Positions 9,896 to 18,898 of a DNA stretch of 64,000 nt are shown here, in pieces. Both the position numbers and the translations under genes were made by a program. Origin of the DNA: Minisyncoccota bacterium. GTDB lineage: Bacteria; Patescibacteriota; Minisyncoccia; Phycocordibacterales; GWA1-40-21. How positions within the stretch are numbered: position 1 is the stretch's first letter; each line of letters opens with the position of its first letter. The notes beneath the pieces were generated by a model. The model had not been told where the DNA came from. It saw nothing but the letters and a program-made list of their open reading frames with translations, and searched no databases. The stretch spans positions 19,775-83,774 of the forward strand of contig JBAYKL010000004.1 of assembly GCA_041664585.1 (NCBI GenBank). Direction: 5' to 3'.

Positions 9896-10365
9896 GAATC
9901 ATTTCAATAGACCCAGGATATGAAAGAATGGGCGTTGCTATAATAGATAAGGTTCAAGGAGGGAAGGAAACTCTAATCTTTTCTGAATGTTTTAAAACTA
10001 CCACAAAAATTTCTCATGATAAACGTCTCGGGCTTATTGGTTCTGAAGTAGAGAAGGTTATAAAAGAATTTGAACCGAAAGCTATGGCTATAGAAAACTT
10101 GTTTTTCAAAACAAATGCTAAAACAGCTATGCATGTAGCAGAAGCTAGGGGAGTGATGCTCTATGAAGCTGCGAAGAATGGATTAGGGGTAAGAGAGTTT
10201 ACACCGATGGAAATAAAAGTGGCTGTGACTGGATATGGTAAAAGCGAAAAGACTCAAGTGACAGAGATGGTGAAGAGATTAATTAAGATAGATAAGAAAA
10301 TAAAGTATGATGATGAGTTTGACGCGATAGCAGTGGGGCTTACATACTTTGCAATAGTAAAATAA
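9892..10365 (+). CDS. ruvC: Holliday junction resolvase RuvC
   Basis: IDPG, AIENLFF, EARGV, DDEFDAIAV. Confidence 0.96.
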   Translation: MRIISIDPGYERMGVAIIDKVQGGKETLIFSECFKTTTKISHDKRLGLIGSEVEKVIKEFEPKAMAIENLFFKTNAKTAMHVAEARGVMLYEAAKNGLGVREFTPMEIKVAVTGYGKSEKTQVTEMVKRLIKIDKKIKYDDEFDAIAVGLTYFAIVK

Positions 10366-10386
10366 AAACCGCCCAAAGGCGGTTTT
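10364..10386. terminator. Bidirectional terminator
   Basis: AAAAACCGCC-CAAA-GGCGGTTTT. Confidence 0.8.
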
Positions 10387-10389
10387 ACT

Positions 10390-10599
10390 TTACCATTCGT
10401 CGTTTGTTCTGAAGTCTAGTTCTTCTAGCTCATCATCTTCTCCAGCGAGAAGTTCTTCCTCCTCCAACCCTGTAGGAGAGGCATCATCAAAAGCTTCGAG
10501 AGCATCATCTGAAAGTAAGCCAGAAGATTTTTCTTCCGTTTCTTCTCCCTCTTCTTTTACATCACCTTTCTCTTCAACATCACCTTTCTTTTTTGCCAT
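10390..10599 (-). CDS. Small highly acidic hypothetical protein
   Basis: 69 aa, 28 Asp/Glu; ends at a terminator. Confidence 0.7.
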   Translation of the reverse strand: MAKKKGDVEEKGDVKEEGEETEEKSSGLLSDDALEAFDDASPTGLEEEELLAGEDDELEELDFRTNDEW

Positions 10600-10783
10600 A
10601 TATTTAAAATATTTTTATCTTATTAATACTCATAAATGAGTAATTACGTATATTGTCTAAAGTTTTGGAAATTTTGCAAATATCAAAACTGTGGATAACC
10701 AAAGGTAGCAGAAAGGTGGGGAAGTGTAAAGAGAAAATATACAAAAAGACCCCAATAATAAGGAGGGGTCAGAAAAAAGAATA

Positions 10784-11401
10784 TTATTTCTTCTTAAAGA
10801 ATGCGTATATCGGTATGGCTATTACGGGTATAAACATAAGTCCCACGATATTATTCTCCTTAATAGTTGGCGCATTGCCCCCATCATAAAAAAATACCAT
10901 CTGAAGAAATGCCCACAAAACCCATAACCCTGCAAACACGTAGATACTGTGCGCAATCCTTCCGAGTATGCTTAAGGGTTTGTATTTTTTAAGGACAACC
11001 TTCGGTGAAGTCGTAGGTGGTGCAGCAGCAACCTTGTTGTTTTGCAAAGAGATATTTTTTTTACTTGATTTTCTATTTAAAATCAATAGTAATGGAAGTA
11101 AGATTAACCACACTATCGCAACACCTATTTTTTCAAGAGACCCATAATCAGGGTTAGCTATTACATCTACAGTAAACATCGCTAGCCACATTAAAAGTAA
11201 GGATAAAAAAATTAAATTTGTACCGCCCGTTATCCCTTTTGAGATCTTACTCGAATTTTTAAGTTCAGCCGTTTTTTTAAAAGCCTCGTTTATATCAGCC
11301 TCAGTCCATCCACCAGTAGTTAGCTCACTAATTAAACTTTCTTTAGTCGCACCTTCAGAAACCTTTTTGTTTATGTATTCAAGTAGTTCTTGATTTATCA
11401 T
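10784..11401 (-). CDS. Hypothetical membrane protein (4 TM)
   Basis: N-terminal ELLEYI...GWTEADINEAF helical module plus four hydrophobic segments. Confidence 0.75.
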   Translation of the reverse strand: MINQELLEYINKKVSEGATKESLISELTTGGWTEADINEAFKKTAELKNSSKISKGITGGTNLIFLSLLLMWLAMFTVDVIANPDYGSLEKIGVAIVWLILLPLLLILNRKSSKKNISLQNNKVAAAPPTTSPKVVLKKYKPLSILGRIAHSIYVFAGLWVLWAFLQMVFFYDGGNAPTIKENNIVGLMFIPVIAIPIYAFFKKK

Positions 11402-11442
11402 ATATCAAATTATATCAAAGACATATATAAAGTATACTAAAT

Positions 11443-11473
11443 AAAAAAGCCCGCAATTTATTGCAGGCTTTTT
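11443..11473 (-). terminator. Terminator after yebC
   Basis: AAAAAAGCCCGCAAT / ATTGCAGGCTTTTT inverted repeat. Confidence 0.7.
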
Positions 11474-11474
11474 C

Positions 11475-12020
11475 TTATTCTTCTATCCCTTCCTCCACAT
11501 TCGTATAAACTTCCTGCACATCATCGTTATCTTCTAGTGCATCAAGTAGTTTTTCTAATTTCTCTGCATCTTCATCAGATATCGGCATCGTTGTTTTTGG
11601 AATCCATCCTTCGCGTGTTTTTTCAAATGCCCAAGAAGCACTTCCAGGAGTTGCTAGGGAAGAGCCGTTATTTGAAAGAATATGTTTAACTTCACCAGCT
11701 GCCCTATTTTTGTTGTCTGTAAGCACATCTATTATAACAGCAATACCTCCTGGACCGTATGATTCATAAGTGATTTCTTCCATATCGGCGCTATTATCAG
11801 TCGAAGCTTTTTTTACAGCTCTTTCAATGTTGTCACTAGGCATATTCGCTTCCTTGGCCTTTTCTATAACGGCTCGTACACCAGGAGCATTAATATCTCC
11901 TTTTGCTTTCTTAGCTTCAACTGTTAGAAGTCTAACAATCTTTGTAAAGACTTTGCTTTTTTGTGCATCGTTTTTTGCTTTGAGTCTTTTTATTTTTGAA
12001 AATTTATTGTGTCCGCTCAT
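11475..12020 (-). CDS. yebC: YebC/PmpR family protein (short form)
   Basis: MSGHNKFSKIK, YESYGPGG, TDNKNR, DDVQEVYTN. Confidence 0.95.
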   Translation of the reverse strand: MSGHNKFSKIKRLKAKNDAQKSKVFTKIVRLLTVEAKKAKGDINAPGVRAVIEKAKEANMPSDNIERAVKKASTDNSADMEEITYESYGPGGIAVIIDVLTDNKNRAAGEVKHILSNNGSSLATPGSASWAFEKTREGWIPKTTMPISDEDAEKLEKLLDALEDNDDVQEVYTNVEEGIEE

Positions 12021-12033
12021 AACTTTAATTTAA

Positions 12034-13077
12034 TTATTCCAAATCCAACCCTTTTAATTTCTTTCCTAAATGTTTCCTCGCTCTATCTGTAACCACTCTT
12101 CCTCTAGAAGTTCTTTCTATAAAACCGAGTTGTAATAGATATGGTTCGTATACGTCTTCTATTGTTGATTGCTCTTCTGAAAGGGAAGCGGCGAGAGTAT
12201 TGAGTCCTACTGGTCCGCCGTTAAATTTGTCTTCAATAACATTGAGCATCGCTCTGTCTACGGCATTCAGTCCCACATTATCTATCCCAAGCATCTCCAA
12301 AGATTCCTTTACGATATCATTTGTGAGCTTTTGTTCTCTTATTTGGGCCAAATCTCTACTTCTTTTCAATAAATAGTTAGCTGTTCTAGGAGTAGATCTG
12401 CTTCTCTTGGCTATTTCTTCTTTTGCTTCATTGTCTATCTCAACATTTAATATTTTTGCAGACCTTTCTATGATTTTTCCTATTTCTTCTTCAGTATAAA
12501 AATCCAATTTGAATACACCTCCAGAAAAACGAGAGCGAAGTGGTGCAGAAAGCATAGCAATACGAGTGGTCGCAGCTATAAGAGTGAAAGCAGGGAGCTC
12601 TAACTGTATTGTTCTAGCACTTGGACCCTTACCAATAATAATATCAAGCACACCAGACTCCATAGCAGGGTAGAGGACTTCTTCAATCGCCTTATTTAAT
12701 CTATGAATCTCATCTATAAAAAGAATATCACCAGGCGAAAGGTTTGTAAGTATAGAAGCGAGGTCTCCAACCTTTTCTATTGCAGGGCCTGAGGTAGCTT
12801 TAAGCTGCGCACGTGTTTCGTGTGCTATTAAGTGTGCCAGAGTTGTCTTTCCAAGGCCCGGAGGACCATAGAAAAGTAAGTGTTCAGGTGGGTGTTGTCT
12901 TTGTTTTGCAGCAGTGAGAAGTATTTTTAAGTTTTCTTTTATATTTTTTTGACCAATGTATTCATCCCAAGAATTTGGTCTTAGTGTCTGATCAAGAAAT
13001 TTTGTATCTGTAATTTTAGGGCTTATTTCTTGAGTATTTTCAGTATTTGTAATTTTATTGTCATTTTTGCTTGACAT
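12034..13077 (-). CDS. ruvB: Holliday junction branch migration helicase RuvB
   Basis: [33 protein letters not shown]. Confidence 0.98.
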   Translation of the reverse strand: MSSKNDNKITNTENTQEISPKITDTKFLDQTLRPNSWDEYIGQKNIKENLKILLTAAKQRQHPPEHLLFYGPPGLGKTTLAHLIAHETRAQLKATSGPAIEKVGDLASILTNLSPGDILFIDEIHRLNKAIEEVLYPAMESGVLDIIIGKGPSARTIQLELPAFTLIAATTRIAMLSAPLRSRFSGGVFKLDFYTEEEIGKIIERSAKILNVEIDNEAKEEIAKRSRSTPRTANYLLKRSRDLAQIREQKLTNDIVKESLEMLGIDNVGLNAVDRAMLNVIEDKFNGGPVGLNTLAASLSEEQSTIEDVYEPYLLQLGFIERTSRGRVVTDRARKHLGKKLKGLDLE

Positions 13078-13098
13078 AATATTTATTTATGCTATACT
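13071..13098 (+). promoter_or_regulatory. Sigma70-type promoter pointing into an ORF-free interval
   Basis: TTGACA-N16-TATACT with extended TG. Confidence 0.6.
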
Positions 13099-13144
13099 CT
13101 TACCAGAGCCTAAATGACGGGCTTTTTTGTTTCCTTAATAATTC

Positions 13145-13312
13145 GTTCAGGTTATAAATCTCTAAACAATTATATTCGCAAGAATTTACGAGTTTTTTTT
13201 CAAGGACACGTTGGTTTATTTCTTCGGAAATATTGCTGAAGTTATCCTTAAAGACTAATTTAACTTTTTACCGCCAGGTTTAAAGTATTGTTTAGAGATT
13301 TATGTTCTGAAC
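13145..13312 (+). ncRNA. Structured ncRNA, probable 6S RNA (ssrS-like)
   Basis: 26-nt terminal arms pair (13145-13170 with 13287-13312, 17 bp uninterrupted); central bubble; inner stem; C(UUCG)G apical loop; promoter upstream and terminator downstream. Confidence 0.7.
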
Positions 13313-13320
13313 TTCTCATT

Positions 13321-13356
13321 CAAGCATTGCCGAAGAGGTGATGCTTGTTTGTTTTT
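13321..13356 (+). terminator. Terminator after the ncRNA
   Basis: CAAGCATTGCC-GAAGA-GGTGATGCTTG then TTTGTTTTT; G.U pairs fit the + strand. Confidence 0.7.
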
Positions 13357-13407
13357 ATATTATTCTCTTTTAAATTTTATGCAAGCACCAAAAAATTTAA
13401 AACACGA

Positions 13408-15090
13408 CTAGATTTTTATTTCAAGATCTATAACTCTACCAAGTTCATCGAATGTGCTTATACCTCTGAGGATTTTTAATACACCATCTTGCTTCATATC
13501 TAGAATATTTTGAGATCTCGATGCTTGTTTTACACTTTCTTCGCTTGGGTTGTTTGTGATAGCTTCCCCTACATCTTTTGTGGCAAGAACAGCTTCACAT
13601 ATAGCGACTCTACCTTTATATCCTGTGCCGTTACATTTATCACAACCTTTTGCTTCCCAGACTTTTTCTGACTGTGTTCCTTCCAAATATGTCTTATCAT
13701 CTATAGAAGCAACCGTTTCTTCAATAATTTTCTTCTCTTTTTCATTTGGAGGTCTTTCTTGTTTACAATTCAAACAAAGTTTTCTTATAAGTCTTTGCGC
13801 CATAACTACATTCACTGCGGAGGTAATAATCTGAGGATTTACTGATAGCTCAATGAGTCTTGGGAAAGCACCAACAGCACTGTTTGTGTGTAGGGTAGAG
13901 AATACCAAGTGTCCAGTAAGGGCTGCATTGATAGCAGTACTTGCTGTTTCGCTATCTCTGATTTCTCCAACCATTATCACATCTGGGTCTTGTCTAAGAG
14001 CGGCTCTAAGACCAGCTAAGAATGTATATCCTTTGTCTTCTTCAACTTGTGTCTGCACAACACCATTTAGGTGATATTCGATAGGGTCTTCAATTGTGAG
14101 TATTTTGATATCTTGAGAGTTTATTTTCTTCATGAATGCATACAGAGTAGTTGTTTTACCAGATCCAGTAGGACCAGTTATGAGGAGCATCCCGTTTGGT
14201 TTTTGAATTTGTTCCAATAGGATCGCTAGTGTTCTTGGTTCTATGCCCAAACTCTCTAATGGCACAGAAATTGATTTTGGATTCAAAAGTCTCATAACAA
14301 TGGATTCATTGTACGCGCCAGGAAGCACAGAGGTTCTTATTTGTATTTCACTATCTTGTATTTTTACAGCGAATCTTCCGTCTTGCGCTTCTGATTTTAT
14401 GTTTAACTTAAGACCAGAAAGTAATTTTATTCTAGAAAGGATTAAGGAATATGTAGGGAGATCGAATTTAATTATGTCTATAAGAACACCATCAAGTCTG
14501 AATCTCATTCTGACTTCTGTTTCTTCTGGCTCAATGTGAATATCGGAAGCCCCAAGAGCTAGAGACCCAGCAAGCATAATCTCCATTATCTTAGAAATTC
14601 TGTAAGCTTGTTTTATTCCGTTTAATTCTCCTGTAAGTCTTATAACATCCTGAACAACCTTTATTTGGTTTGTGAGTTCTACAACATGTTCATTAGAGAT
14701 ATCAAAGCTTCCAGCTTTGCTTTCAGATGCATATGACAAATCTTTATATCTGGACCAAGCTTTCTCTAAACTCTTTCTTGAAACCATGTGCATGGTAGGG
14801 AAGTAGCCATCTTCATCTAACTGCTTGATTATGGCCAAAGTCTTCTCGTTCTTAGGAGAGAGAACTGCAACTTGTACTCTTTTTGCAACAGCATCAAATA
14901 TGGCGAGATTGCCTAATTTAGCATTTTCTTCGTTTATTATTCTCAGTGCATCGGAGTTAATGGGTACTGGTCCAAGGTCTAAATAGTTTAATCCATACCT
15001 ATCAGCCAGAAGTTTTGCAACATCCTCCTCTTCTACTTTGCGCATTTCTTCCATGCGTTTGTTTTGTTTTTCTTCATCAAAGACTACCAT
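13408..15090 (-). CDS. PilB/GspE family pilus assembly ATPase (Zn motif intact)
   Basis: ASDIHIEP, GPTGSGKTT, RQDPD, TLHTN, CLNC...CDKC; start set to MVVFDEE. Confidence 0.95.
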   Translation of the reverse strand: MVVFDEEKQNKRMEEMRKVEEEDVAKLLADRYGLNYLDLGPVPINSDALRIINEENAKLGNLAIFDAVAKRVQVAVLSPKNEKTLAIIKQLDEDGYFPTMHMVSRKSLEKAWSRYKDLSYASESKAGSFDISNEHVVELTNQIKVVQDVIRLTGELNGIKQAYRISKIMEIMLAGSLALGASDIHIEPEETEVRMRFRLDGVLIDIIKFDLPTYSLILSRIKLLSGLKLNIKSEAQDGRFAVKIQDSEIQIRTSVLPGAYNESIVMRLLNPKSISVPLESLGIEPRTLAILLEQIQKPNGMLLITGPTGSGKTTTLYAFMKKINSQDIKILTIEDPIEYHLNGVVQTQVEEDKGYTFLAGLRAALRQDPDVIMVGEIRDSETASTAINAALTGHLVFSTLHTNSAVGAFPRLIELSVNPQIITSAVNVVMAQRLIRKLCLNCKQERPPNEKEKKIIEETVASIDDKTYLEGTQSEKVWEAKGCDKCNGTGYKGRVAICEAVLATKDVGEAITNNPSEESVKQASRSQNILDMKQDGVLKILRGISTFDELGRVIDLEIKI

Positions 15091-15180
15091 ATGACAATAT
15101 GATAACATTTTAAAAGAATTTTCTCCAAGGGTTTGATATTTTTAAAAAAAATAATTGAAATATTACACCATAAAAAGAGG

Positions 15181-15208
15181 TTGACACACAAGCTATCTGT
15201 AGTATAAT
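15181..15208 (+). promoter_or_regulatory. Consensus sigma70 promoter
   Basis: TTGACA-N16-TATAAT. Confidence 0.8.
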
Positions 15209-15251
15209 ACTTGGGAAGGTGGGTTTTGATATCTTAACAAGAAAGGAGATT

Positions 15252-15566
15252 ATGAAAACTACCATTTTGATTGTTTTGTTCTTTGTCTGTGTGACGTTTA
15301 CAGCACAGCAGGCAACTGCTGCTGATGTTCGGTGGGGTGTGTCCATAAGTCCTGGTGTCATTGTTTACGACTCTCCTCAGTATGAGCGTAGGTTGGTCGT
15401 AACCAGAGATTATTACGGCAACGTAATTGAAAGTCATTACGAACTGGTACCTGTGTACATGCCACCTCCGCCCCCGCCGCGTTATTACCCAGTTGTTTAT
15501 CCTTGGTTTACAATTGGTAGTTCGCACCATCATGGTCACCATGGCCATCACGGGGGACATCGCTAA
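15252..15566 (+). CDS. Small secreted Pro/Tyr/His-rich hypothetical protein
   Basis: SD AAGGAG, signal peptide ending ATA-A, poly-Pro, C-terminal HHHGHHGHHGGH. Confidence 0.8.
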   Translation: MKTTILIVLFFVCVTFTAQQATAADVRWGVSISPGVIVYDSPQYERRLVVTRDYYGNVIESHYELVPVYMPPPPPPRYYPVVYPWFTIGSSHHHGHHGHHGGHR

Positions 15567-15583
15567 TTAAGTCGGCTTAGGCC

Positions 15584-15612
15584 AAAAAGCGAGGAAATTC
15601 CTCGCTTTTTTT
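15584..15612 (+). terminator. Intrinsic terminator
   Basis: AAAAAGCGAGGAA-A-TTCCTCGCTTTTTTT. Confidence 0.85.
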
Positions 15613-15627
15613 ATATCTAAAATATGC

Positions 15628-15655
15628 TTGACAAACATTTCATTTAGTGTATAAT
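15628..15655 (+). promoter_or_regulatory. Consensus sigma70 promoter
   Basis: TTGACA-N16-TATAAT. Confidence 0.8.
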
Positions 15656-15707
15656 GGTATACAAAGGTATTGTTTTCAAGAATCTTAAACAAAAGGAAGG
15701 AGATCTC

Positions 15708-16091
15708 ATGAAAACTGTAAGTTTGTTCATTCTATGCGTGGTGTGCTTTGCTCAGGTGTCTGTCGCTGACGGCTGGAATCTTAATGTTAATTTTCCGCCT
15801 CCGCCGCAGCAACAGGTGATAGTGGTTCGTGAACCCGCACCCCCTCCGGTAGTTATATACCGCGAGGCGCCGCCGGTTGTTATTTACGAACAACCTCGGC
15901 GCTGGGGATATTCCTACGAATATGAATACCAGGCTGGTATATCAATTTCGATAGGGAGTGGCGGAGGTCATTACCCCAGTCATTACAACGACCGTAATCA
16001 TTACGAACGTCGTCGTGGTGGTGACCCGTGGGGATCACACAATGCACCAGTTGATACACCGCATCGTCCAGCTAACAACTGTGCTTGGTAA
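15708..16091 (+). CDS. Small secreted Pro-rich hypothetical protein
   Basis: SD AAGGAG, signal peptide, repeated (A)PPVVIY(R)E, Tyr/His/Arg-rich tail. Confidence 0.8.
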   Translation: MKTVSLFILCVVCFAQVSVADGWNLNVNFPPPPQQQVIVVREPAPPPVVIYREAPPVVIYEQPRRWGYSYEYEYQAGISISIGSGGGHYPSHYNDRNHYERRRGGDPWGSHNAPVDTPHRPANNCAW

Positions 16092-16106
16092 AGACGAGTC
16101 GGTACG

Positions 16107-16138
16107 AACGGCGAGGATTAAACCCCTCGCTGTTTTTT
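16107..16138 (+). terminator. Intrinsic terminator
   Basis: AACGGCGAGG...CCTCGCTGTT followed by a T run. Confidence 0.7.
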
Positions 16139-16174
16139 ATTTCCAAATTTTCTTTTTATGATAATATCTTATTT

Positions 16175-16609
16175 ATGAAGATATTAAGTAAATCTTTAGA
16201 AGATACAGAAAAAATAGCCAAAGATTTTTTGGAGAAACTTGCGCTATCTTCTTTTGAAGAGGCAACTATTGTAGGGCTTTATGGAGACCTTGGGTCAGGG
16301 AAGACCACTTTCACACAATCCATAGCAAAAATATTTGGTATTAAAGAGGATATTACAAGTCCGACTTTTGTTATTGAAAAAATATATTCCTTAGAGAATC
16401 CTTTTTATCATAATCTTATACACATAGACGCATATCGCCTAGAATATACAAAAGAAATGCATGCTCTTGGTTGGGAAAATATTTCTAAAAATCCACATAA
16501 TATTATATTTATAGAATGGCCAGAAAGAGTAATAGACGCTTTGCCAGAAAATCATTTGAAAATAAACTTTAAATTTGTTTCGGAGAATGAGAGGGAGATA
16601 GAGATTTAA
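16175..16609 (+). CDS. tsaE: tRNA t6A biosynthesis ATPase TsaE
   Basis: GDLGSGKTT, ITSPTF, HIDAYRL, IEW; start set to MKILSKS. Confidence 0.96.
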   Translation: MKILSKSLEDTEKIAKDFLEKLALSSFEEATIVGLYGDLGSGKTTFTQSIAKIFGIKEDITSPTFVIEKIYSLENPFYHNLIHIDAYRLEYTKEMHALGWENISKNPHNIIFIEWPERVIDALPENHLKINFKFVSENEREIEI

Positions 16610-16649
16610 TTATCCACATCTTGCCAAGGTGCTAGGGGGGGGCTATAAT
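16610..16649 (+). promoter_or_regulatory. Promoter with G8 tract in the spacer and an adjacent perfect DnaA box
   Basis: TTATCCACA (16610-16618), TTGCCA (16621)-N17 containing G8 (16635-16642)-TATAAT (16644). Confidence 0.7.
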
Positions 16650-16656
16650 AGTAGAA

Positions 16657-18891
16657 ATGAAATTCAAACAATTTCTAATTTCTGCTGGTATTGTTCTAAT
16701 ATCCATTTTTGTCATTGTCGGTATTGTTTCTGCCACTCACAATCTATATTCTTCCAAACAAACATCAGAATCTACTTTCCACTCTCTAAATGATATATAC
16801 AATCTAATAATGTCAGGAACAGAGAAGGCAACTCCCGATAGCCTAACCTCCACATCTGTTTCTCCCACAGCAACCACCTCACATTCCATAGGAGAGATCT
16901 ACACCATATTAGCTAATATAAAGGTAAACAAAGCTACTTCTACATACAGCTCACTTACTCCAACATCTGCACCAGGAGGTACAGGTTATACCCTAGAAGA
17001 CATATGGAATTTAATAAACAACTCTACATATGCTGCAGAAGGTAATCATGATATTACAAAAGCAACTACTCCTTCTGCTTCTATGCATACTACCTCAGAC
17101 ATATATACATATTTAAATGATACATTTAAGGTAAATCTTGCATTGAATAAGGTAAGAAGTGGAGCATACTATTTTGGTAACTCAAACCCTGGTACCTTTG
17201 TCATAGCTAATCTCGGTGAATACTGTGAGGCTAATGATGAGTGTAATACAAACTACTGTGGGGATGATAGTTGGTATGGCTGGCAGACTGGGACTACGCA
17301 ATGTACTACAGGGGAAATCGGATCAGTTTGTAATAATGCGAATCAGTGTTCTACAAATATTTGTGGTTATGGGCAATGTTCTGATGGTGCTGTGGGGAGG
17401 GGGTGTGATAGTGATAGTCAGTGTACATTAGGGCATTGTGATACAGCGGTTACAGGTTCTTGCACAGATGGAAATATTGGTTCAGATTGTGACTCTAATG
17501 CAGATTGTTCTACAGGATTATATTGTGGGGATACACAATGGATGTATAGTTCACCAGCGTGTACCGACGGTTCCGCAGGTCAATACTGTGGAGGACCAGA
17601 TTCATGTGCTCCAGGGAATTATTGTAATTATAATGATTATACTTGTACTGCTACTGATGGGGAAATAGGGTCAGGGTGTGGACAGAATTCTGATTGCGGC
17701 TCTGGATATTGTGATCAGTATAATAGTTATACTTGTACTAACGGAGGAGTTGGAGTTGGTTGCAGTGCTGGTAATCAATGCTCCTCAGGGTATTGTAATA
17801 CTGATTTCAATGAATGTTCTACCGGACAAATAGGTGCACCTTGTGGAGCGACTGGAGACTGTATATCTACTTACTGTGGATATGATTTCAGTCAAGCTTC
17901 TTCTTTCTGTACTAACGGAGGTATTGGAGAAGGTTGTAGTTATAATGCAGCTTGTGTTTCTGGATATTGTGACGTCTTTAATTCCCAATGTTCTGATGGA
18001 AGTATAGGGTCTGGGTGTACGAATAATAATCAGTGCTCTTCAAACCTATGTAGTTCTGTGGTCAATGAATGTATTAGTGGAGATATTGGTTCTTCTTGTA
18101 CTGTTGGGCAGGAATGCGATTCAACCTATTGTGATACCTTTAATGGTATATGTAAGACTGATGGGGCTATTGGAAGTGCCTGCGGATTACATTCTGAATG
18201 TGATTCTGAATTCTGCTCAAGTAATGTTTGTACTGCAGCAACTCTAACATCTAGACTTTCCGCCTATTGGAATTTTAATGAAACTTCTGGAACAGCAGCT
18301 AGCGATTCTTCTGGGAATGGAAAGGTTGGAGTTCTTGTAAGCGGCGTATTAGTAAATCAAACTGGTAAGTTGGGGACAGGTTTCAGATTTGATGGGACAA
18401 ATGACGTCGTCACAGTAAACAACATTGACATTAAAGATTCCTCATTTACATTTTCTGTCTGGGTTGCGAATACAAAGGCTGGTAATAGCTCTCCATTTTC
18501 TATGGGCTCTTCTGGCACCACGAATGGTTATCTATGGATAAGAAAAGTTACTACTACTAATAAAGTGGGATTTGGTTTCCATAATTATGGAACTTATGTA
18601 AATAGTAATAATAGTATGAGTACTAATGGTACTTGGGAGCACTGGGTCTTTGTGTATAAGCTTGGAGTAGGTAAAAAAATATATAAGAACGGTGTTCTTG
18701 ATATAACTGATTCTAATACACAAGCATTCAAATACCCAAGTGGGCAATTAAGAATAGGACATTCTTTTGATGCTGGACAATATCTTGGTGGAACAATGGA
18801 CGAAATCGGATTATGGAACCGCGCACTTACTGCAGACGAAGTCACTCAACTCTATAATGGAGGTGCTGGACTTGGTTACTCATCTTTCTAA
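16657..18891 (+). CDS. Secreted/anchored Cys-rich repeat protein with C-terminal LamG (ConA-like) domain, paralogue A
   Basis: Signal/TM segment; Thr/Ser-rich region with four xLxDIYxxx repeats; 12 four-Cys repeats; AYWNFNE...MDEIGLWNRALTADEV..LY. Confidence 0.88.
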   Translation: MKFKQFLISAGIVLISIFVIVGIVSATHNLYSSKQTSESTFHSLNDIYNLIMSGTEKATPDSLTSTSVSPTATTSHSIGEIYTILANIKVNKATSTYSSLTPTSAPGGTGYTLEDIWNLINNSTYAAEGNHDITKATTPSASMHTTSDIYTYLNDTFKVNLALNKVRSGAYYFGNSNPGTFVIANLGEYCEANDECNTNYCGDDSWYGWQTGTTQCTTGEIGSVCNNANQCSTNICGYGQCSDGAVGRGCDSDSQCTLGHCDTAVTGSCTDGNIGSDCDSNADCSTGLYCGDTQWMYSSPACTDGSAGQYCGGPDSCAPGNYCNYNDYTCTATDGEIGSGCGQNSDCGSGYCDQYNSYTCTNGGVGVGCSAGNQCSSGYCNTDFNECSTGQIGAPCGATGDCISTYCGYDFSQASSFCTNGGIGEGCSYNAACVSGYCDVFNSQCSDGSIGSGCTNNNQCSSNLCSSVVNECISGDIGSSCTVGQECDSTYCDTFNGICKTDGAIGSACGLHSECDSEFCSSNVCTAATLTSRLSAYWNFNETSGTAASDSSGNGKVGVLVSGVLVNQTGKLGTGFRFDGTNDVVTVNNIDIKDSSFTFSVWVANTKAGNSSPFSMGSSGTTNGYLWIRKVTTTNKVGFGFHNYGTYVNSNNSMSTNGTWEHWVFVYKLGVGKKIYKNGVLDITDSNTQAFKYPSGQLRIGHSFDAGQYLGGTMDEIGLWNRALTADEVTQLYNGGAGLGYSSF

Positions 18892-18898
18892 AATAAAC

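Noticed and set aside
10653-10889. 78-aa plus-strand ORF
   Set aside because: TTG start, overlaps the 3' end of the minus-strand membrane gene, no recognisable features
9892-13077. Absence of ruvA beside ruvB/ruvC as gene loss
   Set aside because: It may lie elsewhere; one window cannot show this
13145-13312. MITE, SRP RNA or tRNA reading of the inverted repeat
   Set aside because: The internal UUCG stem, promoter and terminator favour a transcribed rod. No target-site duplication, SRP helix-8 motif or cloverleaf is seen. A MITE cannot be fully excluded without the genome.
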